IMG/VR virus record: IMGVR_UViG_3300044723_001057
Coordinates: 1 to 57,321 of that record
Strand: one strand, 5' to 3'
Length of the DNA stretch: 57,321 nucleotides
Source: a virus
Lineage: Duplodnaviria > Caudoviricetes
The position numbers and the translations under genes were made by a program. This document shows, piece by piece, positions 18,804 to 28,608 of the stretch (positions are counted from its first letter, which is position 1; every line of letters starts with the position of its first letter). The notes below the pieces were generated by a model, which saw only the letters and a list, made by a program, of their open reading frames with translations, searched no databases and was not told where the DNA came from.

Positions 18804-19613
18804 TACACGACCACCTTTTTTATACTTACGTCCACCACTTGGTTTTGTCATACCGGGTCTTGCTTTTAAGTTTTTACGAAGTTCAGTAAGTGAACCCGGA
18901 TACCCTTGACGCTTTAGCTTACGTACAGTTGAAGCAATGTTCTGCTGCTTTGGAAGTTTAGGAACACCTTCGCCCTGACCAAGTATATCAGAAATTTGTT
19001 TGCTTGTCATCTTAGGTGTAATATTCTTTTGGATAAAATCCATTCTTTCACCCTTAGACATTTCTTTAAATGCTTCACGCATTTCTTTACGTGATGCAAA
19101 CTCAGATGTAGCATCCTTAGAAACTAATTGTGCATCTGCACCTTCGTACATATACTTCTTAGGGTTTTTAACTATTGTTTCAATATCGCCTTTTTGTACA
19201 AGTTTCAAACCTTCTTTGGTAAGAGTTTGTTTGCGTGTTCCTGTAGGTGCTTTCTTGCCCTTACCTTCTGCACGTGCTTCCCGGATTACACGAGCAATAA
19301 GACTACGGCGTTCTTTACTTTCCTCTTTTGAAAGTCCCGAAGTATCTACCTTACCTTTTTCACGCTTTAGCTTTTGACCAAGAGTAAGCTTTGGCTTTGC
19401 GTTTTCCTTTTTAAGAAGCTTCTGACCACGATGTTGTGGACCACGATTAGCAGCCAACTTAGCACGAGAAGCTTTCGCTGCCTCATTCTTAGCCTTACGT
19501 GCTGCTGCAGACTTACGTCCACGCTTACGACCTTTGTAGGTTTTGGCTTTAGGTGCTGATTTAGTTGCGCCTTCTATAAGTTCAGCCACACCTTTAATGA
19601 TTTGTTTCTTCAT
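18756..19613 (-). CDS. Lys/Arg-rich basic protein
   Basis: 285 aa; ends YKKGGRVRGCGAALRGYGKAMK. Confidence 0.7.
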   Translation of the reverse strand: MKKQIIKGVAELIEGATKSAPKAKTYKGRKRGRKSAAARKAKNEAAKASRAKLAANRGPQHRGQKLLKKENAKPKLTLGQKLKREKGKVDTSGLSKEESKERRSLIARVIREARAEGKGKKAPTGTRKQTLTKEGLKLVQKGDIETIVKNPKKYMYEGADAQLVSKDATSEFASRKEMREAFKEMSKGERMDFIQKNITPKMTSKQISDILGQGEGVPKLPKQQNIASTVRKLKRQGYPGSLTELRKNLKARPGMTKPSGGRKYKKGGRVRGCGAALRGYGKAMK

Positions 19614-20287
19614 TAGTTTGCTCCCGGAATAATTGGATTATCAGCACCACCGGGACTTGTGGCAGCTTCCATATCATCCCTTCTGGTACGTCTTGCTTGA
19701 TTACGTAATGATTCAACTGCTTGCTGATAACGCCCCTCAAACAGTTGGCTAGTTTGGTAGTCTTTCATAAATACCATTGCTTCTACCATGGATGCATTAA
19801 ACAAAGCATCATAGCAATAGTCACTAAAATAATTATTAGGTGTAGCTGATGTAAGTGGTGTAGGCTGACTTGTATAAGCAATTTCACCATTCAGTGTAGA
19901 TACAGGAGTAGGTGCAATAATAACTGTAGTATTATCACGCTTACCATAATACACTGGTGTACCTGTGCTTGCACTTACAGGCCAGTAGTCACGAATATAT
20001 TCATCAGTACGTTGCAACAGTTGTATTTTTGTTGGGTCAGTAGTACTAGTAGCAGAAGTAGTAATATTAAAACTTTTTACTATACGTGTACCAGATACAA
20101 GTGTTACAATATTAGTATCAGCAGAAACAGCGACTGACGTATAGGTAACAAGACCATAGTCGTCAAGCACCCTTGTCAGACGTTCCTCTGCTCTATTCAC
20201 AATTTTGGGGACATAAGCTAAGAACTCTGCGCCATCATTCTCAGTGGCAGCAATCAAGTCCTCAACCAAATAAGTGTAATTAGCCAT
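19613..20287 (-). CDS. Head-tail adaptor-like protein
   Basis: 224 aa; AEERL, GTPVYY, IAPTP, YDALFNASMVEA..FMK pattern; follows capsid genes. Confidence 0.6.
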   Translation of the reverse strand: MANYTYLVEDLIAATENDGAEFLAYVPKIVNRAEERLTRVLDDYGLVTYTSVAVSADTNIVTLVSGTRIVKSFNITTSATSTTDPTKIQLLQRTDEYIRDYWPVSASTGTPVYYGKRDNTTVIIAPTPVSTLNGEIAYTSQPTPLTSATPNNYFSDYCYDALFNASMVEAMVFMKDYQTSQLFEGRYQQAVESLRNQARRTRRDDMEAATSPGGADNPIIPGAN

Positions 20288-20585
20288 AGTAAACTGCTAC
20301 AGTAGCTGCTGATGTAGGAGCCGAAACTTTAACAGGACCATACATCTTAACTCCAAAGTCTGGAATCATAATGTCACCTGCGTCATTTGCAGTAGTTCCT
20401 ACAAACTTAATGTTTGCACCTTTTACATTATTGTACTCATCAGTCTGCGAACCAGTAATAGTAAATGTACCTACGCCTGAGTAAGTTACACCTTTAATAC
20501 GTGTGTCTGCAACAGTAGTACTTGTTAAACTGTCCAGCAATGCGCCAGACCCTGTAACAAAAGCGTTACGGATATTAGTAGCCAT
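20280..20585 (-). CDS. Small virion protein
   Basis: 101 aa beta-rich; IPDFGVK...VYYG; directly after capsid gene. Confidence 0.6.
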   Translation of the reverse strand: MATNIRNAFVTGSGALLDSLTSTTVADTRIKGVTYSGVGTFTITGSQTDEYNNVKGANIKFVGTTANDAGDIMIPDFGVKMYGPVKVSAPTSAATVAVYYG

Positions 20586-20640
20586 AGAATTTCTCCGGTT
20601 GTTAATTAGTTAGTTATTATTCTATTTTTATATTATACAC

Positions 20641-20671
20641 AAAAAAAGAGGAATACAAAATAGTATCCCTC
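20641..20671 (-). terminator. Rho-independent terminator after major capsid gene (possibly bidirectional)
   Basis: GAGGGATAC-TATTTT-GTATTCCTC then T7 on the minus strand; T-run also follows on the plus strand. Confidence 0.75.
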
Positions 20672-20703
20672 TTCTTTTTTTAAGTTTTTATTGACTGTGC
20701 TAA

Positions 20704-21636
20704 TTAAGCACCGTCTGCTCCAAAGAAGCCACGCCAGTCTGACCAACCGAATGAGTAACGCTCACGTGCTTTAAAGCGGAGGTTACCTGTGTCAAAGTCT
20801 GGTTCCATCTTCGTTTGAAGAGGCGCACGTACAAACATCTTCGCACCGTTTGGACAATCAGTTTTGATAAACCAAGCATCAGTGTCTGTGAAGCGGCGGT
20901 TCACGTAGAAGCCACCCGGTACAAGACCCTGATTACGGATTGAGTTAATGCTGTTTTGGTTGCTGATGCCATCAGTACCAAGAGTAGCATTAGTTGTTGT
21001 AAGTGTGCTGTTCAGAATCTGGTCAGCAGTGAATGCGAGGTCTGAAGGAACGTGCAAAGACTTAGCTTGCAGACCAATCAGAATACCACGGTCATCTTTT
21101 GCCTTAGAGATTGAAATCAGTGCTGATTCCAAAGATGCTTCTGACAGGTCAGTTGCACCAATGTAGTTAGACTGATTACCTGCACCAGCAGTTGGGTGCG
21201 AGGCAGAGAACAGTGCTACACCATCACCACCAACGTAAGCTGCGCTGAAGCCGTTGTTAAATACGTCAGCAGCTTTAACTTGCTTGGTGTTCGCCATAGC
21301 ACGAGCAAGACCACGTGCGCGAAGCTTTGCGAATGTGTCATAGAGGTTATCTTCCATAGCCTCTTCTGTCACTGCAAATGCCAGTGCAATAGTCTCGTGT
21401 GTATAACGAGCAGTGTAACTTTCTTGAGCATCGTCATAAGCTACGGCTGCGCCTTCACCTTTAGTAGGTGCAGACCCAAAGCCTGTGAACAATACTTCTT
21501 CTTCAAACGCACGGTCTGAGTTTTCTGTCTCAAACAGTGGTGCGTGTTCGTCCGAAACTTCCCCATACTCCATACCGAATACGGCATTAAGACCGGGGAG
21601 AAGTTCTTTTGCAATACTTGCTCTATTAATCGCCAT
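20704..21636 (-). CDS. Major capsid protein
   Basis: 310 aa; MAINRASIAKELLPGLNAVFG, ITEEAMEDNLY-like VTEEAMEDNLY and KARERYSFGWSDWRG signatures; followed by a terminator. Confidence 0.88.
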   Translation of the reverse strand: MAINRASIAKELLPGLNAVFGMEYGEVSDEHAPLFETENSDRAFEEEVLFTGFGSAPTKGEGAAVAYDDAQESYTARYTHETIALAFAVTEEAMEDNLYDTFAKLRARGLARAMANTKQVKAADVFNNGFSAAYVGGDGVALFSASHPTAGAGNQSNYIGATDLSEASLESALISISKAKDDRGILIGLQAKSLHVPSDLAFTADQILNSTLTTTNATLGTDGISNQNSINSIRNQGLVPGGFYVNRRFTDTDAWFIKTDCPNGAKMFVRAPLQTKMEPDFDTGNLRFKARERYSFGWSDWRGFFGADGA

Positions 21637-21649
21637 TATTTAATCTCCC

Positions 21650-22264
21650 TTAACCTAACAGGTACGCAGTAATGGTTGCAGGTGCAGTTACGGCAGCAGT
21701 CAAGAAGTTATCTGTGTGCTGAATAAGTTGTACATTCAGTTTCAGGTAAGCATTCTCAGCAGCTACAGCTACATCATTCCCCGGCTCATCTACTGAATCC
21801 AGAGTACGGCACATAGCAATACCAGTTGTACGAGTTGCTGCTTCAACACCGTGACCAGACATACCTGTGAAGGTTGAGCCTGAACCCAATGTTACAGCAA
21901 AGTTTTGTGAACCGTGAAGGTCACCAGCAGTCACAGAAGCGTCTGCTTGTACTTCAAACACGGTACGTGAATCATCAGCCACAAGAGCCACAGCATTAGT
22001 TGCTGAAGTACCTGAAGGCCAATACTTGCTAAATTTCTGTTCACCGTTAGCAACGTAACGACAGCCCATGAATACACCTTGGACTACTTCAGTTACAGTG
22101 GTGATAACTTCCAAATTCCCTGCATTAATACGGACCAAATCGCCTGTAAAAATGTTAGCAGCGTAACCTGAAGCAATAGGGTATTCACTTTGGCCCTGAT
22201 TGTTCGGGTTGTTACCACGTTTACGAGAAGGACGGAAGCCAGATAACGCTTTAGTTGCAGTCAT
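21650..22264 (-). CDS. Capsid decoration/minor head protein
   Basis: 204 aa; IASGYAANIFTGDLV and GVFMGCRY; immediately upstream of MCP. Confidence 0.6.
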   Translation of the reverse strand: MTATKALSGFRPSRKRGNNPNNQGQSEYPIASGYAANIFTGDLVRINAGNLEVITTVTEVVQGVFMGCRYVANGEQKFSKYWPSGTSATNAVALVADDSRTVFEVQADASVTAGDLHGSQNFAVTLGSGSTFTGMSGHGVEAATRTTGIAMCRTLDSVDEPGNDVAVAAENAYLKLNVQLIQHTDNFLTAAVTAPATITAYLLG

Positions 22265-22303
22265 TTGATTTCTCCCTATTTAAAATTGCACTTACTAAAA
22301 GAC

Positions 22304-22798
22304 CTAAGATTGAAACTTAGCGTTGCGTCCCTTAGTAACACTTGATTTACTTGTATTCCGAATTGGCATACGAGAATCATTTGAGTTCATAAGCTGTTGA
22401 TTAACCGCATCAACCATTTCTGAACTTTTATTCTCATAGTACCGTTGACGACTTTGTGCTTTTGCCAGAGGCATTTTAGCTAGAGCCAAGTCTCCACGAC
22501 AGACTGTACCCTCATATCGCCCTCCCTCTCTCACGAAAGAGGTGTGCTGCATCTCAGGAACCTCATCTACCGTTACAAATTGCCAGCCTTCTTGAACTTT
22601 CTTGCCAACATTTTTGTAGTCGTCTTGCCCACGAAGATTAATACGAATCCAACGTAGGGTCATGCCCTCGTTTGCAAAACGGTTTTGGGTTTCCTCTGGA
22701 ATATCAAGCATATTAGGTTCTTGATATTCTTCGTATTGTTCCCTTGTATTGAGTTCACGAGACTCTGCACTACGTGACATTGTTGTATTACGTGCCAT
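22304..22798 (-). CDS. Conserved head-module protein
   Basis: ATG 22798 with GGAGG RBS; LRWIR...EGWQFV...GDLALAKMP. Confidence 0.65.
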   Translation of the reverse strand: MARNTTMSRSAESRELNTREQYEEYQEPNMLDIPEETQNRFANEGMTLRWIRINLRGQDDYKNVGKKVQEGWQFVTVDEVPEMQHTSFVREGGRYEGTVCRGDLALAKMPLAKAQSRQRYYENKSSEMVDAVNQQLMNSNDSRMPIRNTSKSSVTKGRNAKFQS

Positions 22799-22818
22799 TT
22801 TAATTTCCTCCACGCTAT

Positions 22819-23808
22819 TTAAAATTGTACTGAAGTGTATTCGCCTTCGGCCTTTTCAACCTTTAGCTTTTCTGCTGCGTACTGTTCCAATGGTATACCC
22901 CACTTTTCAGCAAGTCGGATGTCTTCTTTTGTAAGACGTACCTTCTTACCAGACTGTGAGGCCGTTGAAGTGCGTGATGCTCCACCGACCACTTGGGCAG
23001 GATTTGACGCTTCCTGCTGACGTTCCTGAGATGGTTCCTGTCCTGTGCTAAACCGTTGTGGGAATTTAGCTTTCAAACGAGAATCTATCTCTTCGTAAAA
23101 ATCTCCATCAGATGGGTCATACCCTTCCGCTTTCAACTCCGCATCTACCTCTAGGGCAAGTGTGGTCATTACATTGTCCTGACCAAACCACGGATTTCGT
23201 CCTGCCCACTCAACTGCTAGTCTATCATATTGTGCAGACTGCTGCTGCTGTTGTGGTTGTTGGACTTGCTGCTGTGCAACCTGTTCTTCTTTAGGCTGCT
23301 CATACCGTCTTGCAATTTTAAGAGTTGATGCATCAGTCTGTGCATTACTCAAAGCTTCCTGCGCCATAACAATGCGGTCAGTATCTCCTGATTCCAACGC
23401 TTGTCTGTATGCATCTTTAGCCATTGCAATACGGCTATTAATTTGTTCTTCAGCAGATTCAAAACTTTTTTCTAATGAAGTTTTTAATTCCTGCTGTTGA
23501 GATTTCAATCGCTCTTCAAGTTCTTGTTGACGTTGCATCAACTGTTGAATCTGTTCTTCTCGTTCTTTCTTTTGCTTTACGAGTTGACGGATTCGCTTTT
23601 GTGCGCCTGATTGAGGTTCATCTCCCTTTGAAGATTCCTCTTGAACTTCAGCCTTTGTTTCAACTTCTTCAGGCTCATCGCCCTCTTTTGAAACTTGAAT
23701 AGGCTCATTTACTTGCGCCTCTTCTTCTTGACCTTCAATTTCAAACTCAACTTTGTCTTCCTCTTTTTCGGCTTTGGAAGTATTTACCGTTGTCCAATCT
23801 TCAGACAT
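22819..23808 (-). CDS. Scaffolding protein
   Basis: 329 aa; acidic N-terminus, QKRIRQL coiled coil, WAGRNPWFG, C-terminal GIPLEQYA; between portal and capsid. Confidence 0.7.
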   Translation of the reverse strand: MSEDWTTVNTSKAEKEEDKVEFEIEGQEEEAQVNEPIQVSKEGDEPEEVETKAEVQEESSKGDEPQSGAQKRIRQLVKQKKEREEQIQQLMQRQQELEERLKSQQQELKTSLEKSFESAEEQINSRIAMAKDAYRQALESGDTDRIVMAQEALSNAQTDASTLKIARRYEQPKEEQVAQQQVQQPQQQQQSAQYDRLAVEWAGRNPWFGQDNVMTTLALEVDAELKAEGYDPSDGDFYEEIDSRLKAKFPQRFSTGQEPSQERQQEASNPAQVVGGASRTSTASQSGKKVRLTKEDIRLAEKWGIPLEQYAAEKLKVEKAEGEYTSVQF

Positions 23809-23863
23809 TCATTTCTCCTTTTACGTCAGTAGCGACACTATGACGAATTACGCAATAATTAAT

Positions 23864-23892
23864 ATAATACTATATTGTGTTTAGGTTCACAA
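23864..23892 (-). promoter_or_regulatory. Sigma70-like promoter for scaffold/capsid genes
   Basis: TTGTGA-17 nt-TATTAT on the minus strand in an intergenic gap. Confidence 0.5.
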
Positions 23893-23909
23893 TAGCTTAT
23901 ACCAAATTT

Positions 23910-24326
23910 TTAATGGGAAAGGTTATAAGTAGGGTCTAATTCTTTCGGGTCTTGTACAACCATAGTAATTTGGTCATCCAAAAGAAGAATAAGTCTTACA
24001 CCTTTATACATGAACTTTTGACCAGAATGTTTACCATAACATACATAATCACCTTCTTCACACCAAGCACCGTTAGGATAACGGATTGTATCTTGGTATG
24101 CATCCTTACCTACACGTAGTACTTTACCTACGGTAGTAAGATATGAAATATCTTGTTTGGTTGAATCTGGTAAAAGAATACCGCCCTTAGTGGCTGACTT
24201 AACAGACACAGGACGTACTAAGATATGATAACCCGGTACAATAGGAAGTACTTCTGGGTCAGGTACTTCCTCTTGTGTGTTCCACGCATCATTAAGAATA
24301 GACTTTTCCATAGCAACTGCTTGCAT
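23910..24326 (-). CDS. groES: GroES-like co-chaperonin
   Basis: ILVRP...TKGGILLPD...GKVLRVG...GDYV.YGKHSG...LLLDDQI matches the Cpn10 pattern. Confidence 0.85.
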   Translation of the reverse strand: MQAVAMEKSILNDAWNTQEEVPDPEVLPIVPGYHILVRPVSVKSATKGGILLPDSTKQDISYLTTVGKVLRVGKDAYQDTIRYPNGAWCEEGDYVCYGKHSGQKFMYKGVRLILLLDDQITMVVQDPKELDPTYNLSH

Positions 24327-24328
24327 TT

Positions 24329-24520
24329 TTACTCCTCTTCATCTTCGTATATCATTTTGTTTACTATGTCTTTAATTTCTGCCCTAGCATATTCCAATCC
24401 CGAAATACGCCCAACAGAGTTCATATACGAAGCATAGTCCGAAGCGGCTCCAGATGCAAGCGAATTTTTTAATAAGTCTATTTCTTTTTGTAAATGCCTA
24501 TCTATTTCTTCCCAAAGCAT
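24329..24520 (-). CDS. Hypothetical protein
   Basis: 63 aa; GAASDYASY...GRISGL; coupled to portal stop. Confidence 0.7.
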   Translation of the reverse strand: MLWEEIDRHLQKEIDLLKNSLASGAASDYASYMNSVGRISGLEYARAEIKDIVNKMIYEDEEE

Positions 24521-27018
24521 TATTTACTCTTCTTAGCATCAGACAAAAGCTTAGTAATCATGTCTGCCGCTTTAAGCGTTTCGGCGTTTTCTTTATTTTT
24601 GTCTTGCTTGATGAGGTCTGCAAGGACCTCAACAGCCTTGATTGCCGTTTTTGTATTTCTATCTTTCTCTTTTTCATCCGCTTTCAGAGTATTCTCTGCT
24701 CCCACTTTATAAGCATCCAGTGCAAGCTTTTGTTCTTTCAAATCAAGGTCACGTTGTTTAAGCGCACCCTCAACAGATTCTTTAGCCAATTGAGCCTGAA
24801 CCTTTTGCTTTTCTATTTCAAGACGTTGTGCTTCCACTTGAACCATAGCTTGTTCAGGAGATGGTCCTTGCTGCATAGCAGCTTGGTTAGCTTGCATGAC
24901 TTGTTGGGCTGCAGCTACCATTACCTGTTCTATAACAAGAGGGTTCTGTGCATTAGGGTCACCCGGAGGTGCTTCTGCCATCATTTGACGTGTTAGACCA
25001 TTGACTTGCTCCTCATATTTCATTACTACGTGTTCTTGGATATTCGCCTGTAGAACAGGGGCAATACGTTGCATAATAGGATTGCCACCATTTGCAGGGT
25101 CTTGTAAAAACATTTGTTTAATTTGAATATGAGCATCGTGGTTTTGACCAGCAAATGCTTTAATAGGCAGACCCTTAGTTGCAGCTTCTATGTCTGTAAC
25201 TGGGTCAAGAGGTTGTGCCTGTGGCTTATCAGGAAGAATCTTATCCAAGTTAGGAATGTTAGCCGCATTCAATAGAGTACGGTTTAATTCTTCCATGTTG
25301 AACATTCCCGGAGGTGCAGTTTGTGCCAACTGCATTGCCATCTGCGTCATCATAAGACGATGTGCAGATGACGGAATGTTCGGGTCACTTACAGGAATTA
25401 CATCCACACGTCCATCAAAGTCCTGACGCATGATAGTTTCTGACACACCGGGGACATCGTAGGGGTACTCGCTTGGTAAGCTTTCGTAGTTAATACGTGC
25501 CAGAATCTTAAACTCATCGCGTTGCGACTTGTGTAGACGTTTGTGGATTGCACTAAAGAACTTACTAGAAGCTTCAAGCAGTGCCATAGTTGTTCCAACT
25601 GGGCCATAGTTAGAACCCTCAGAGATAACCTGTTCTGTGGTGTCTGCAAACTTCTGACCTGCTGCTGCAGTAAACTGCATCATTTGGAATAGTGTAGCTG
25701 ATGGTTCTTTGTATGGCAAAGGAACAATGGACTTAGAAATATCCATACCTGTTGCTTCTACTTCCTTAAACTCACCCGGTGCAATTGGGTCATTATCACC
25801 TACTACACGTACACCCTTTGCCTTGAAACCACCCGGCAAGTTAGCAAACTGACCTGCGTCAATAAGGCTACGCATTGCTGCAGTGGCAGACATAGTAAGG
25901 TTACCAAGGAAGTGAATAAGACCAAGACCATAGAACCCGAAGCCCGGTACAAAACGGTAATGGGTAAAGAACATTTTCTTTTCTTTGGTTGGGTCATCTT
26001 CTTTCCAGTTACGGCGAATAGACAATACCTTACGTGTACTTTCCTCAATTGTTACAATATAAGGACAAGCAGTTTCATAATCTTCTATTTCAAGATAACA
26101 GTGCTGTTCTAGTAGTACGTACTGTGGGTCAAGGTCTGAAGAAGGAGACAACCCAAGGACTGTATCCATCTTTTCTGTAAGAGCCGACTGCTCTGGATGG
26201 TAAGCATCTGGAAGGTCTATCTCTTCATACATACCTGCGGCAATTTGCTTTGCCAGTTCCATAGGACTACGGTACAGTACATGAGTATATCTGTCTGCAC
26301 GTCTTAGGTCAGTAGCATAATAAGACACATAGAATTGGTCAATAGGTACAAACTCACTTACTGGACGCTGTGACGCTGAATCATAATAAATCTTTTTAAA
26401 CGAAGAGCCAATCAACGGAAGGTGAAACAGCATACGTTCAAACTCATCAAAGTATTCTGGCATCTGCTCAGTAAGTTGATAGTTCATAAAGTTTTGTACA
26501 CGGTTACCTTGCCGTTGACGCTCCACGGTTGCATCGCCAAGAACTTGGGTTTTGACTGGACCACTGGAAGGAAAGAGTTCTTGGGATGCACGTGACTGGA
26601 ATTTAACTGCTGATTCAATAAGCAGTGGGTGTACAGCAGTTGCCGCACCCTCAAATGGTTCTGTTGTTTCTTCCAGTTTTAGGCCAAGCAAATCAAACCC
26701 ACGCTCAAACATGGATTCCCATTCTGAACGTGAGGACTTGTCTGCCTCAAACTTTTCGTAAACATCATTACCTATTTCTATAAGTAGTTCTTCGTCAAGT
26801 TGTTCTACTAGGTTGTCATAGAAGCCGCCTTCGTCATACGAAACTTCTACTTCCATACCAAACATTTCCCCTTCAGGAGCGAATGATACTTCTATCTCTC
26901 CTGTCTCAGGGTCAACTTCAAAGCCTACGTTTTCATCTGATTCTTGATTTATATTTAATTGAATAACATTATCCATACCTTCAGGCATAATGTCATTGGG
27001 ATTTTTTTCTATAGCCAT
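24520..27018 (-). CDS. Portal protein
   Basis: 832 aa after terL; HPLLIESAVKFQ, GSSFKKIYYD, PGFGFYGLGLIH; long helical C-terminus. Confidence 0.85.
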   Translation of the reverse strand: MAIEKNPNDIMPEGMDNVIQLNINQESDENVGFEVDPETGEIEVSFAPEGEMFGMEVEVSYDEGGFYDNLVEQLDEELLIEIGNDVYEKFEADKSSRSEWESMFERGFDLLGLKLEETTEPFEGAATAVHPLLIESAVKFQSRASQELFPSSGPVKTQVLGDATVERQRQGNRVQNFMNYQLTEQMPEYFDEFERMLFHLPLIGSSFKKIYYDSASQRPVSEFVPIDQFYVSYYATDLRRADRYTHVLYRSPMELAKQIAAGMYEEIDLPDAYHPEQSALTEKMDTVLGLSPSSDLDPQYVLLEQHCYLEIEDYETACPYIVTIEESTRKVLSIRRNWKEDDPTKEKKMFFTHYRFVPGFGFYGLGLIHFLGNLTMSATAAMRSLIDAGQFANLPGGFKAKGVRVVGDNDPIAPGEFKEVEATGMDISKSIVPLPYKEPSATLFQMMQFTAAAGQKFADTTEQVISEGSNYGPVGTTMALLEASSKFFSAIHKRLHKSQRDEFKILARINYESLPSEYPYDVPGVSETIMRQDFDGRVDVIPVSDPNIPSSAHRLMMTQMAMQLAQTAPPGMFNMEELNRTLLNAANIPNLDKILPDKPQAQPLDPVTDIEAATKGLPIKAFAGQNHDAHIQIKQMFLQDPANGGNPIMQRIAPVLQANIQEHVVMKYEEQVNGLTRQMMAEAPPGDPNAQNPLVIEQVMVAAAQQVMQANQAAMQQGPSPEQAMVQVEAQRLEIEKQKVQAQLAKESVEGALKQRDLDLKEQKLALDAYKVGAENTLKADEKEKDRNTKTAIKAVEVLADLIKQDKNKENAETLKAADMITKLLSDAKKSK

Positions 27019-27051
27019 TTTCTTTCCTACCAGTTAAACTACGATTTTTAT

Positions 27052-27080
27052 ATTATAACTTTAAGTTCTCCAATACGCAA
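27052..27080 (-). promoter_or_regulatory. Sigma70-like promoter for portal operon
   Basis: TTGCGT-17 nt-TATAAT on the minus strand, upstream of the portal ATG. Confidence 0.6.
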
Positions 27081-28608
27081 CCCTCTTTCTCATTCTTGGT
27101 TCATCTTCCCAGCTAGGGTCTTCTGGGTGAATAAGGTTCCAGCTATCCTTCATGTAATGAATAGCCATAGTCATACAGTCCACTTGGTCATCATGCGAAC
27201 CGTGTGGGAAAGACATACACTCTGAAAACAGGTCATCTGACCATACACGGTCTGATGGTAACCACACACGCCCTGCCTCCATCATTGGGGTGGCTGCATA
27301 TACACGTGACACTTTGTCACGGTCAGGAAGATAGTCTAAGACAGGAAGACCTGCCCTACGCATATCCTGCAGTAAAGACTGACCAGAGGCCTTTTTCTCT
27401 ATTATACAAACATCTGGTCTAAACTCTGCATAAAGTTCCTGTGCCTTACGTCTTAGTTCTGGATATTCAAATCTACCTCTAGTATTACCTAATAATATAA
27501 TATTACTTTGTGATTGTTCTACTCCATATTCATTATCTTCAAATGTATAGAATATACCCCACGTTTGTATTACACTATAGTCAGCAGTCCTAGACGTACT
27601 AAAGGCTGTATCATATGTCTGTAATATAAAGTCACATGGGGGTGGTTCGTCATAATCCCAAGTTTGTATCCACTTCTTCTTAATAATACCACCGTCATCA
27701 GGACTTGGGTCTTGCATATACAGAGCATTCCAATATCTACTACCATTGGATGCCCTAATCTCCTGCTCGTCAATCTTTAACAACTCATCAGGCTTCCACT
27801 CAGGAAAGTAAGACGTACCTACTGGTAATCCTAATAACTCTGCTGCTTCTTCATTCAGCCATGCAGGAATACTGATTACATCCCATGGGTACATATTTTC
27901 TTCTACTGCTGCTTCCTGTTTAAGAAGCCAACCACAAAGGTCATCATAGTGGTATCTAGTATTAATAATAATAATTGCACCATTAGGCATGATACGAGTT
28001 CTAAGACCTGCAGGATACCATTCTTTAATATATCTTCTACCTGCTTCTGAGATGGCATCTTCTTCAGACATAACGTCATCCAATAAAGCTACGTGTGCGC
28101 CGCGACCTGCAACCTGACTTCTCACACCTGCTGCATAGTAAGAACCATTCTTGTTTGTCTTCCACTTACCTGCTGCCTTAACATCACTCCTTAGACTAAT
28201 ACCTTTGAATATCTTCTGGAACCGTTCTGTATTCACAATGTCCCTGACCGTCCGACCAAAGTCACTGGCAAGCTGGTCACTGTGTGACACTGACATAATC
28301 TCATGGTTAGAAAAGTTACCCATATACCAAGCAGGAAACAACTTACTACAAATAACTGACTTGGATGAACGAGGTGGCAAGAAGACCATAAGCCTCTTTA
28401 CATCCCCATCCACTACCCCCTGTAGCTTTGCACAGAGGAGTTCTATATGCCTACCCATCTTAAAATCAGACACAAGAGTAGGGGCAAAGACCTTAACAAA
28501 GGTTTCAAAGTCTGTCTTTGCCCTTATATTTGTATATTCTTTTAACTTATCTTTTAATGTTATGTATGGAGCATTTGGATTATTATCTTCTAAACTAGAA
28601 TCCAACAT
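27061..28608 (-). CDS. terL: Terminase large subunit
   Basis: Walker A-like PPRSSKS, Walker B ALLDD, nuclease YDTAF, IEKKASG and HDDQVD. Confidence 0.92.
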   Translation of the reverse strand: MLDSSLEDNNPNAPYITLKDKLKEYTNIRAKTDFETFVKVFAPTLVSDFKMGRHIELLCAKLQGVVDGDVKRLMVFLPPRSSKSVICSKLFPAWYMGNFSNHEIMSVSHSDQLASDFGRTVRDIVNTERFQKIFKGISLRSDVKAAGKWKTNKNGSYYAAGVRSQVAGRGAHVALLDDVMSEEDAISEAGRRYIKEWYPAGLRTRIMPNGAIIIINTRYHYDDLCGWLLKQEAAVEENMYPWDVISIPAWLNEEAAELLGLPVGTSYFPEWKPDELLKIDEQEIRASNGSRYWNALYMQDPSPDDGGIIKKKWIQTWDYDEPPPCDFILQTYDTAFSTSRTADYSVIQTWGIFYTFEDNEYGVEQSQSNIILLGNTRGRFEYPELRRKAQELYAEFRPDVCIIEKKASGQSLLQDMRRAGLPVLDYLPDRDKVSRVYAATPMMEAGRVWLPSDRVWSDDLFSECMSFPHGSHDDQVDCMTMAIHYMKDSWNLIHPEDPSWEDEPRMRKRVAYWRT

